A DNA stretch of 64,000 nucleotides from Methanotrichaceae archaeon (GTDB lineage Archaea; Halobacteriota; Methanosarcinia; Methanotrichales; Methanotrichaceae), in assembly GCA_963813075.1 (NCBI GenBank), contig CAWEXU010000004.1, positions 32,001 through 96,000 of the forward strand, read 5' to 3'. This document shows positions 30,477 through 39,880 of the stretch, piece after piece. The notes below the pieces were generated by a model. It ran no database searches, was not told the origin of the DNA, and saw only the letters and a list, made by a program, of their open reading frames with translations. How positions within the stretch are numbered: position 1 is the stretch's first letter; each line of letters starts with the position of its first letter. The translations under genes were made by a program, and so were the position numbers.

Positions 30477-31971
30477 TTAAGAACTCGCCCAATTTTTAAT
30501 TGCATCATCTACGTATGCTTTAGTAACTTCACCTCGGGAATACATATTGATGGCTTCGACCGTTTCAGATAATGTAACAGTCCCGTCGATATTCAGATCG
30601 CCTGCATTGCTCGTAAGATTATAGCTGTCGCCGCTTCCATCTTGGGCGGAGAACTTCCACGTGACGGGATTAGCTGTGTAGTATACTGACATGGCATATT
30701 GATTGCTGAGCTGGTTCCAGGATTTGCTTGCTTCGTTCAATCTCCAGATCTTTGTATCAACGCCTTTGGCATTTACCTTCACATCTGCGTTGGATTTGAA
30801 GTTCAAGCTGCCCCTAACTTCCGATCTTACCGAAGGATTGAAGTTAATGACATCGCCCGCAGTTGTTCGCTCAATGGCGGAAGTCTAGAGTCCAGATTTC
30901 CAATGGTTGCGTGTTTCTGTGGTGACCACATAGCCCGCAACGGTTCTCGTCTAGGCTGTGGCATTATCGCTGTTAGTGCTCATAATGGCACTAGATTGGG
31001 CATTGGCATAGGTAGTGCTCTTTACATTTCTAGTTGTAGCTGAGGCGGTTATGCTTCCTGATCCAAGCAATTGCCAATCCGCATGGGACACTGCCTTGTA
31101 GTAATTGGTTTTTGCAGTGCTTAGTCTGTAATAGGCTTCACTATCTGCAGAGGCGGAATTTGCTGATCCGCTGATCGTAGCCTTGGCATCCATTCTATGG
31201 GTGCCACCAAGAGTCCACTCCTGAGCCGTCGCTTCTGTCACCTTCGTAGAAGTACTCTCTGTAATCGCATTGGCGACTTTTAATGCTGGTGCTAACTGAT
31301 GCTCTATCATAATTTTGAGCTGCAGTGTAACTGGGAGCACTTCTGGTGTATGCAGTCATGTCCAGAGCTCCATTTGCATTCGAGACATCCTGTGTCATAT
31401 ATATGCTCGATATCGCTGGAGAATACCCTGTATCAAGCCAGGCTTTGGCAGAGTTCTTGAATGTTGCTTTCCCGTTTTCTTGTGTGAGCTTTGTTGAGCT
31501 ATAGCCGTTCAGCTTTTCGCCAGGGGTTCGATAGCCTTCAGCACGAGCTTCCTGGTAAGCGTACAGGTAACCCTTCTTTGTCGTCCCTGCTCCGGTTATA
31601 TAGCCTCGATTGCTTACCTCGATTGAGTTTGTATCTTTGTATGCATTTCCTGAGAACTCAATGGGGTAGCCGTATCCTGTTGCATAATTATGAATGCAAT
31701 ATTTGCCGCTTGAACTGCAATACCATTTATCTATTGTGGGCAAATCACCTCTTGTACTTGAAGATCCTTTATAGTAGTACCATGAATCCGCTAAGGTTGC
31801 GGCTCCTAAAGTTACACTTTCACGTATACTATCTGATTTTCCTGCTAAAAAATTGCTTGTAGTTGAATCTTCTCCATTGCTAAAGCTTGCGGAAATCGCA
31901 AAAGCTGGCAGTGCAATGGCGTGTATTGAAAGAAGCAATACTCCCAGCACTAGAACTGAAGATCTCGACAA
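30477..31971 (-). CDS. Secreted Ser/Thr/Ala-rich protein, split in three ORFs
   Basis: Signal peptide at 31971; ORFs 31195..31971, 30951..31340 and 30477..30806 have similar composition; AT-rich. Confidence 0.6.
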
Positions 31972-32441
31972 ATCTATTCCCTCCTCGCTTAATCTATTTT
32001 AGGTACTTGCCATTCGAATATTTTCCCTTATTTAACTGATAATGGCAGCATATTGTTATCATTATTTCATATTAAAACTTACGAATTTTGTATACTGATG
32101 TTTGGCTCTTAATGGTGCATCAATGGAATTGATAAAGCAATAAAGCTGCTATCCATCAAGAACGAGACACAATTCAAGCTAAGAAGATCTCGACAAGTGC
32201 ATGTATGTAGATATATATTCCTGCTGTCAATGTGGATTGTCACTCCAACGCCATCAATTGCCATGTGATGCCAGATGGATTCTATAGGGGTATTTCCTGA
32301 TTGGTTCTATATGTCCAAAACATCCTTACTAAACAAGCTGATCAATCATCAGTCGTTCAGGTTTCAGTATGCATGCCTGTTCTATCAGGTATGCACAATC
32401 TATATGAAATAGTAGACCATCTAATTCAATAAGGTGCCCAA

Positions 32442-33331
32442 ATGAGGCAATGCTTGTTAGTAGGCTTTATTGTATTAATTCTGGCATGTGATGCTTGTGC
32501 CAACACATGGTCGAGCAACATAGTTACCAATTCATCATCGTGGTCTATCTATCGCCACGGTAAAATATTAGCCTGAATATGACAAGTTTTGTGGAAGGCC
32601 GCGTCTCTCCTTTGGAGCTTAATGGCCGATCTGTAAGTCCTCATCTCTCAACATTAGTGGAAATTGAAGAAAACGGTGTAATGCTCAAAGAAAGAACTAG
32701 TGCACAGGAAGGCATTTACAGTTCAAGAGAGATGACAGATCTTTCGTCCATCGTAGATCGCGATGTTAACGCTTATATGGATAAACCGATAGGAACTACG
32801 GTATATAATGTGAATTATTATGAGCAATGGCCTGTTTCGCTGACTTCAATCAAAGAAATAACATATTATGGAAAGGAAATAAATGACAGGGATTTTGAGG
32901 GCAACAACCACGATTTTGTGGGCACTAACATTCTTTATAATAGAGTACTATCCAAAACACGCCGATCAGTCATGAAAATTGATCGAATGAATGCCACAGT
33001 ACATGCTACAGACGATGAAATACTCTCTGTTGAATTTCAACCTACTAAGTATTTGGGATATCTAACAGATATTCACAGCACAGGGATAGTGGATTTAAGC
33101 TATAAACAAACTGGATCATCATATGACACGAAAAGACAGACGTACTCTGTTATTAGCAATGGAAATGAACGGTATTATGGTACATTTAATATAACCAGGC
33201 TTCTGGAGATGAGATCGATTTTCAATAGCAGTATTGAGACGGAATTGGAGCCAGAGTATCTCAACCGTTCGCTGATACTAGATATCCTGATTAAAATTAT
33301 TAAATTTATATTAAATAATTCAATTAAATGA
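32442..33331 (+). CDS. Secreted hypothetical protein (frameshift ~32560)
   Basis: MRQCLLVGFIVLILACDACA signal, then 32579..33331 ORF. Confidence 0.6.
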
Positions 33332-33438
33332 TTGCGCCATTCCTTCAAAACGCCTTTCTTCCAAGTGCTCAGCCAAATCAAGTGAGCGCATTTGGGCTCC
33401 GGCAACCTTTTTATCCCTCCCCCTCGCTAGCCCCTCCC

Positions 33439-34098
33439 ATGATACTTGTCTATTCCCTGGGAGGCTCCATCCTCGCCGGCCGCGATGCGAAAAGCCTGCA
33501 TGAGTACGCCGATGCCCTCCGCCAGCTGGCGGCAGAGCACCAGATCTATGTCGTCGTCGGTGGTGGCAGGATCGCCCGCGAGTACATCGAGAAGGCCCGC
33601 GCCCTGGGCGCTCCGGAGATGTTCTGCGACCTCATCGGCATCGGGGCGACAAAGCTCAACTCCGCTCTGCTCGTCGCCGCTCTTGGCTCCGCCGCCCCGC
33701 AGGAGATCCCGGAGACCTATGCCCAGGCTGCCCGCCTGGCCTGTCCAGGAAGGGTGGTGGTCATGGGCGGAGTGGCCCCCGGCCAGACCACAGACGCCGT
33801 CGCCGCCCTGCTGGCGGAGTATGTGCACGCAGACAAACTGATCGTCGCCACCTCCGTGGACGGGGTCTACACCGCCGATCCGGAAAAAGATCCCCAAGCG
33901 GAGAAGATCACCAGCATGACCCACAGCGAGCTATCAAGAATGGCTGCCCAGACGGAGATGAAAGCCGGCTCCCGCTCACCTGTCGATCCCCTGGCGGCCA
34001 AGATCATTGAGCGAAGCACAATTCCCACCTCGATCGTCCTGGGAAGCAATATTGAAAACCTGAAAAAAGGTGCCCTGGGAGGGCACAGCAGGAACTGA
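33439..34098 (+). CDS. pyrH: UMP kinase (last codons probably frameshifted)
   Basis: SLGGS, VVVGGGRIAR, PGQTTD, VDGVYTADP. Confidence 0.95.
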   Translation: MILVYSLGGSILAGRDAKSLHEYADALRQLAAEHQIYVVVGGGRIAREYIEKARALGAPEMFCDLIGIGATKLNSALLVAALGSAAPQEIPETYAQAARLACPGRVVVMGGVAPGQTTDAVAALLAEYVHADKLIVATSVDGVYTADPEKDPQAEKITSMTHSELSRMAAQTEMKAGSRSPVDPLAAKIIERSTIPTSIVLGSNIENLKKGALGGHSRN

Positions 34099-34100
34099 GA

Positions 34101-34967
34101 TCAGACAGGAGTGAGGGTCTTTATCAGGTCTGCGGGGGAGACGAAGCCCCAGAGGGTGCCCTCCTCCGAGACCACCAGCTGGGCGGTGCCGGTCTTGCCC
34201 AGCATCTTGATCGCCTCGTATATGGTCTCCTCGGAGTCGATGGTTAAAAATCCCCGGCTCATGAACTCCCTCGCCTCCTGGTCACCCTTTCCTTCTGCTA
34301 TCGCCCGGACGATGTCCGTCTGGTTGACCATCCCCGGGGAGCTGTCCTCGACCAGCGCCTCCTGGACGCCGTTGTGCACCAGAATGCGTGCTGCCTCCTG
34401 CATGGAAGCGCCGGGGGGAATGCGCACTGCGCGACGGGCGATCTTCTTGATGGCCATCTTGGGCACGGATATCATCGCATCAACGTGGATGATCAGCCGG
34501 CTCATGGTGTCATCTCTGCCCCGAACGGTGCCCCGAAGGTAGAGCTTGTTCACGGGAGTGGGTCCCACCTCCACCTCATCGCCCACATTGAAGTCTCTGA
34601 TGTTGCCGATGATGCGGATGACGCCATCGCATAGCTGGGTGTGCATCACCTTGTTGAATATGAGCTCGCTGGCGGTGGTCCCCTCCATGAGCACCCCATT
34701 CCTGAGGACGGGTACAGTCACCACGTCCCCGGTGGCCTCGACATTGAGCGCCTCATAGGCAGATCCTGTGGCCCGGTAGCCTCCCTTGGGGCCCGGCACC
34801 CCCTCCACCAGATTGAGGGCTTTCAGGGATTGCATCTGATTTCGGATGGTTCCCGGATTGCGGTCAATCAGCTCGGCGATCTCCTCGCCCTTTACTGCTC
34901 TTCCTTCAACACGATAGATGTTGATCAGCGCGGTTAATATATCTCTTTGAACAGGTGTCAAATCCAT
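34101..34967 (-). CDS. HTH transcription regulator with C-terminal CBS pair
   Basis: GEEIAELIDRNPGTIRNQMQSLKALNLVEGVPGPKGGY; CBS domains. Confidence 0.9.
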   Translation of the reverse strand: MDLTPVQRDILTALINIYRVEGRAVKGEEIAELIDRNPGTIRNQMQSLKALNLVEGVPGPKGGYRATGSAYEALNVEATGDVVTVPVLRNGVLMEGTTASELIFNKVMHTQLCDGVIRIIGNIRDFNVGDEVEVGPTPVNKLYLRGTVRGRDDTMSRLIIHVDAMISVPKMAIKKIARRAVRIPPGASMQEAARILVHNGVQEALVEDSSPGMVNQTDIVRAIAEGKGDQEAREFMSRGFLTIDSEETIYEAIKMLGKTGTAQLVVSEEGTLWGFVSPADLIKTLTPV

Positions 34968-35108
34968 GGTTAGATCAGATTGTTCATGATTAATGTCCTA
35001 TATAGATCTATTGATTGTAGGGGCCCTATAAAAATTCCTTTTAATTTAAATCCTGTTCATATCCCTCCTTGGGCGGATAAAATCTTTCTCGATGGCAGAA
35101 AAATTACC

Positions 35109-36245
35109 CTATTTTCTCATAGGGCATATTTTATCCCCTTTATGTGGAAATCGTCCCATTCGCTGCCAGATTTTCTTCACTGGCTCTTTCATAATGTTGC
35201 CCCAGGACTCCGGGTAGCAGGAGCAGGGATAGACCTCTCCAGAGGGGGTGACATGCATCCAGCTCCTGGCAGCAAAGCAGCCAAACCGACGGTAAGCGTC
35301 GGGAACAGAGAAGATCCTGGGCGCTCCCCTGGAGGAGACGAATTCCGCCAGATGGGCGTGCTCCGCAGCGGTCAGGGCCAGGCCCTCGCGACCGGACCAG
35401 CGGCCAGTGGATACCACCTCAAAGAAAGTCAGCTCGTGCGCCCCAAGGCTTCTAGCCAGCTGGTGAAATTTCTCCAGGTGGCAGAGGTTCTCCCGGCGAA
35501 TGACAACATAAAGATCGACCAACAGGCCCGCCTGAAGGGCATTTTTGACCGCCTGCGTCGCCTCGGAGAAGACGCCCTCCCTCCCTCGCATGGCATCGTG
35601 CTCCTCAGCCAGGGGGCTGTCCAGGCTGACGTTTACCGCGTACAGACCGGCCTCCTTGAGCTGCTCGGCCAGGGAGAGGGTGAATCCCGCTCCGGAGGTG
35701 AAGAGGGTGGATATAGCCCTGTCGTCCACATATCTCACCAGCTCCGGCAGCTCTCGATAGAGGGTCGGCTCTCCCCCATCGAATATCACCAGGGTGGTCC
35801 CCATATCCAGGACCTGGCCGATGAGGTCCTGGACCGTTTTCGGATCGAGGCGCAACCGGTTTCCGGAGTTGGGCAGGGCGCAGTGCGCGCAGCGGTTGGG
35901 GCACTCCTCAGTGATGGAGATCGTCACCTGGTCCGGGGTACGCAGACCCAAAAGAGAGCGGATGCGACTATTTGCCAGCCGGTCGAAGGCTTTGCCTGGC
36001 AGGGGAGGAATCCAGGTGGAGAGAGAGAGCTGCTCAGCTCCTGCCCTCACTGCCAGCTGGCCATCGAATAGCTCCAAGCTGGACCTGATCACGGGAAGAA
36101 AGGCAAGAGGTCCCTTAACCCTGATCTTCACCCGCTCGCCTTCCAGACTGGCCTCCGCCTGGACCAGAGGGCTGCGATAGAGGGGATAGGACCGTCCTAT
36201 GAAGGTATCAGAACTGGATTCTTTGTCAACCCGGTCGGGATTCAT
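35109..36245 (-). CDS. Radical SAM protein with SPASM/twitch domain
   Basis: CPNRCAHC, GGEP, VSLD, GCFAA..GEVYPC. Confidence 0.9.
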   Translation of the reverse strand: MNPDRVDKESSSDTFIGRSYPLYRSPLVQAEASLEGERVKIRVKGPLAFLPVIRSSLELFDGQLAVRAGAEQLSLSTWIPPLPGKAFDRLANSRIRSLLGLRTPDQVTISITEECPNRCAHCALPNSGNRLRLDPKTVQDLIGQVLDMGTTLVIFDGGEPTLYRELPELVRYVDDRAISTLFTSGAGFTLSLAEQLKEAGLYAVNVSLDSPLAEEHDAMRGREGVFSEATQAVKNALQAGLLVDLYVVIRRENLCHLEKFHQLARSLGAHELTFFEVVSTGRWSGREGLALTAAEHAHLAEFVSSRGAPRIFSVPDAYRRFGCFAARSWMHVTPSGEVYPCSCYPESWGNIMKEPVKKIWQRMGRFPHKGDKICPMRK

Positions 36246-36268
36246 CCTTGCTTCCCTCACCTTTCCCC

Positions 36269-36607
36269 TCAATAGACATCCTGGGGGTCGAAGACCTTCT
36301 CCCCCACCACCCGGCCATCAATGGTCCGATAAAAGCAGGATCTATAACCGGTATGACAGGCACCGCCCTCCTGCTCGATCAGGAGCAGTATGGCGTCCTC
36401 ATCACAGTCCACCCTGATCTCCCGGACAAGCTGAAAGTGCCCGGAGGACTCCCCCTTCAGCCAGAGCTTATTTCGCGATCGGGACCAGTAATGAGCCCTG
36501 CCGGTCTCCCGGGTCTTGGCCAGGGCCTCGTCGTTCATATAGGCCAGCATCAGCACCTCTCCTGTCCTCCAGTCCTGGGCGATGGCCGGAATCAACCTCT
36601 CTTTCAT
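36269..36607 (-). CDS. hisI: Phosphoribosyl-AMP cyclohydrolase
   Basis: [27 protein letters not shown]. Confidence 0.97.
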   Translation of the reverse strand: MKERLIPAIAQDWRTGEVLMLAYMNDEALAKTRETGRAHYWSRSRNKLWLKGESSGHFQLVREIRVDCDEDAILLLIEQEGGACHTGYRSCFYRTIDGRVVGEKVFDPQDVY

Positions 36608-36695
36608 CGAAAAAATGGTAGTGGATATATCCTATAAGGGCCTTGCCCAGATGGAAGGAAGAGGGCATCTTTCAGATTAGTGATAAAGGAGAACT

Positions 36696-37865
36696 ATGAG
36701 CTGCATCACCTGCAAGGGCCGGGGAGAGTGTGGCCAGCCAGTCTGTCCAATAGTCCGCCGACTGGAGGAGCTGGTATCCATCCCCAGGATCGGCAGTCAT
36801 ATGGAGGGATTCACCCCACCGGAGGTCTTCGTAGGCAGGTCCGGCTATCCCCTGGTCAGAGCGGGCCCCGTCATCCCCTCTACCCAGGCCGAAGAGCTGC
36901 CTCATCTGGGGATGAACATGGACCAGATCATCTCCGCCCGCCTGGGGATGGTCCGCTCCGAGACCAAAATTAGGGTATTGGAGGCAGGTGAGCCTGGAAG
37001 GCTTCTGGAGGCCTGCCAGCAGATCGCCATGTCCTCCGCCCCGGTGGGAACGGAGGTCTCCTTCATCAAACCGCCCCGGAGAAGGTTGCAATTCGATGGC
37101 GTCCTCTCCCCTACCGGTCCATCCGGGGAGCTGGATAAGATGGAGATCACCACCAATCCCCTCATCCCTCGCAAGGTGGACCAGATCGTCCTGGACCGGG
37201 GTGCGCCGACGGATGTGGCAATAGCCGAGCTTTACTCTGCAGGTATCGGTATTGATCACCTCTCCCGACTGCTCTCCATTGGCCTGTTGGGCAAGAAGAG
37301 GAGGCTTGTGCCAACCCGCTGGTCCATAACGGCATCCGACGACATGATCGGCAAGAGGCTGAAGGATGAAGTTCTTGATTTTCCTCTGGTCAAAGGCTAC
37401 TATTTATTCTCCGGGGAGGAGCTGGGAAACCACTTTGAGGTCCTCCTTTCTCCCCGGCCCTTCAGCTTCGAGCTGATTGAGATCTGGCGGCCTCATTCCC
37501 TCTGGGCGGAGGAGGGATTTATTGGTCGGGATGAGGAGGACGCCCGCCCCAAAAAGGGCTACAGCCCTCTGGCCGGCGGATACTATGCTGCCCGTCTCGC
37601 CGTGACTGAGCATCTCATGCGTTGGGGTCGGCAGGCCGGGGTCCTGGCGGTAAGAGAGATCTCTGAGGAGTACAGGATTCCTCTGGGGGTCTGGGTGGTG
37701 CGGGAGGTGGCGCGAAAGGCGATGTGCTCAGAGCCCATGCGCTTTGACTCCCTCTCCTCCGCCCGAGAGGTGATGGCCAGCCGGTTGCATACCCCGGCCG
37801 GCTTATGGCTCAAGAAGGCGGCCCTCTTTACCGGATCGACACAGAGGAGTCTGAACGAGTTCTAG
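36696..37865 (+). CDS. nreA: Nre-family DNA repair protein
   Basis: N-terminal CxxCKG..CG..CP, LVPTRWSITA, GGYYAARL, C-terminal PIP box QRSLNEF. Confidence 0.85.
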   Translation: MSCITCKGRGECGQPVCPIVRRLEELVSIPRIGSHMEGFTPPEVFVGRSGYPLVRAGPVIPSTQAEELPHLGMNMDQIISARLGMVRSETKIRVLEAGEPGRLLEACQQIAMSSAPVGTEVSFIKPPRRRLQFDGVLSPTGPSGELDKMEITTNPLIPRKVDQIVLDRGAPTDVAIAELYSAGIGIDHLSRLLSIGLLGKKRRLVPTRWSITASDDMIGKRLKDEVLDFPLVKGYYLFSGEELGNHFEVLLSPRPFSFELIEIWRPHSLWAEEGFIGRDEEDARPKKGYSPLAGGYYAARLAVTEHLMRWGRQAGVLAVREISEEYRIPLGVWVVREVARKAMCSEPMRFDSLSSAREVMASRLHTPAGLWLKKAALFTGSTQRSLNEF

Positions 37866-37980
37866 CTCAGATGATGAAGAGGCTCTTCGCTGTATCGAGT
37901 GGCTAGCGGGATAATTAATCCTGGTGGTTTACGGAATACGGAATAAAACCTCAGAGTCACAGAGCGCACAAAGGATCATG

Positions 37981-38150
37981 AAAAAATGTCGAATTCCTGT
38001 GACGGGCGCACGAACCCACACCAAACAGCGAGGAGCCGATGAAGATATGGTGAAGAAGGGAAATTATATTTGAAGCGGTAAATAGGAGGGGGGCAAAAGT
38101 CAGCCGTTCAGGTGGGAAAGAAATGGAGATTCGACCTTTGCCATTAGTTA
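37981..38150 (-). ncRNA. Candidate ~160-nt sRNA
   Basis: BRE/TATA upstream, 5'/3' closing helix, T-run terminator. Confidence 0.4.
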
Positions 38151-38296
38151 CATACGGCAATTGCCGAGAATATAAGGATTTCGGTACAGGTTTTTTAGGA
38201 CGAACTCAGGGCTAATCCCCGCTTTTCAAAGGCGGGATACAGCCCGTGCCTATCGATAGGTATATATACATATGGTAACCATATGTGTAATTCAGA

Positions 38297-38707
38297 ATGA
38301 CTAAGCAAGAGCATTGGATAAGCGCAAGAGGATGCGTCTATAACGTGTATTACCACTTTGTATGGTCAACAAAGTATCGAAGGAAGGTTCTTATTGGTTC
38401 AATCGCCGAAGACCTTCATTGGTTGCATGAATTGATAGCAAAGCAGAAGGGAATTACATTGATCAATCAGGAGATCCTGCCGGATCATGTTCACCTCTTC
38501 ATGACAGCTCATCCTATATTTGCTCCTGCTAACATTGCCAAGATCTTCAAAGGCATTACGGCAAAGAAGCTCTTTGAAACGCATCCTGAACTAAGAGATC
38601 AGCTTTGGGATGGCCATCTTTGGAATCCATCTTACTATGTTGGCACTTGTGGAGATGCTACCAAGGATGTAATAGAACGATATGTAGAGATGCAAAAGGT
38701 GAAGTGA
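38297..38707 (+). CDS. tnpA: Y1 HUH transposase TnpA
   Basis: YHFVWSTKYRR, PDHVHL, LWNPSYY, RYVEMQ. Confidence 0.97.
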   Translation: MTKQEHWISARGCVYNVYYHFVWSTKYRRKVLIGSIAEDLHWLHELIAKQKGITLINQEILPDHVHLFMTAHPIFAPANIAKIFKGITAKKLFETHPELRDQLWDGHLWNPSYYVGTCGDATKDVIERYVEMQKVK

Positions 38708-38708
38708 T

Positions 38709-39809
38709 TTGCTGAAAGTGCTTCGCTATAGGATCTATCCTACAAAATCTCAGAGAACCAAGATGGCTGACACCTTGGAGCTTTGCAGATGGACCTATAA
38801 CGAAGTACTAGCCATCAGGAAGAACGCTTACGAACAAGAAGGCAAATCTCTCTCCTATTACGATACCAAGAAGCTTTTGCCAGGATGGAAAGAAGAAAAG
38901 CTCGAATTGAAAGAAGTCCATTCTCAGGTTCTACAGGAAGTCGTCAAAAGAGTTGATTTGGCCTATCAAGCCTTCTTCCGAAGAGTCGAGGCAGGAGAAA
39001 ACCCGGGATATCCCAGGTTCAAGGGCTATGGCAGGTACGATAGCTTCACCTATACTCAATCAGGCTTTTCCCTGAAACCTGGCAAACTATGGTTATCCAA
39101 GATCGGAGATATCAAGATCAAGCTTCATAGAGCTGTAGATGGAGAAATCCAGAGGCTTAATATCAGAATAATGCCTACCGGAAAATGGTTTATATCCTTC
39201 CTGGTTGAAGTTGAACCAGATGAACCTCTTCCGAATACCGGATTATCAATAGGCGTTGATGTGGGTTTGAAAAGCTTCATCACCCTATCAGATGGCGAGC
39301 AGGTAGATAATCCAAGATTTTTTGTTCATGAAGAAAATGCTCTGGCAAAGGCTCAAAGAAAGCTATCAAATGCAGAAAAAGGAACACCGGAAAGGGCTAG
39401 AGCCTTAAAAGTGGTTCATAGGGTTCATGAAAGAATTACCAACAAGAGGGATGATTTTGTTCAAAAACTCTCCATATCCCTGGTTAAATCCTATGACTTT
39501 ATAGCCTTCGAAGACTTGAATATCAATGGCATGGTCAAGAATCGTTGTCTTGCAAAGCATATATCGGATGCTGCTTGGAGCAAACTAATAACTACCACAT
39601 CTTACAAGGCAGAATGGGCCGGTAAACGTGTCGAACTAGTGAATCCCAAAAACACATCTCAAATATGCTCTGGTTGCGGTAAAGTGGTTCAAAAAGATCT
39701 ATCAGAAAGAGTCCATAGTTGTCCTTTCTGTGGTCTGACTCTGGATAGGGACCATAACGCCGCTATAAACATTCTCAGACTGGGGCTACAGTCTGTGGCG
39801 AAAGCCTAG
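38709..39809 (+). CDS. tnpB: TnpB RNA-guided nuclease
   Basis: YRIYPT, GYPRFK, GVDVG / FEDL / DRDHNAAINI, zinc finger. Confidence 0.97.
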   Translation: MLKVLRYRIYPTKSQRTKMADTLELCRWTYNEVLAIRKNAYEQEGKSLSYYDTKKLLPGWKEEKLELKEVHSQVLQEVVKRVDLAYQAFFRRVEAGENPGYPRFKGYGRYDSFTYTQSGFSLKPGKLWLSKIGDIKIKLHRAVDGEIQRLNIRIMPTGKWFISFLVEVEPDEPLPNTGLSIGVDVGLKSFITLSDGEQVDNPRFFVHEENALAKAQRKLSNAEKGTPERARALKVVHRVHERITNKRDDFVQKLSISLVKSYDFIAFEDLNINGMVKNRCLAKHISDAAWSKLITTTSYKAEWAGKRVELVNPKNTSQICSGCGKVVQKDLSERVHSCPFCGLTLDRDHNAAINILRLGLQSVAKA

Positions 39810-39880
39810 ATGCCTGCCAATTTATTGGTGGGAGTGGTCACTTCAAGATGATTGAGAGAATGATGCCCCATCCCGGGCAT

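Larger units (their letters stand above)
38200..39841 (+). mobile_element. Complete IS605-type element (tnpA + tnpB, same strand); left end approximate
   Basis: Left hairpin ATCCCCGCTTTTCAAAGGCGGGAT; right hairpin CCTGCCAA-TTTA-TTGGTGGG ending TCAC at 39841; lower GC than host genes. Confidence 0.9.
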
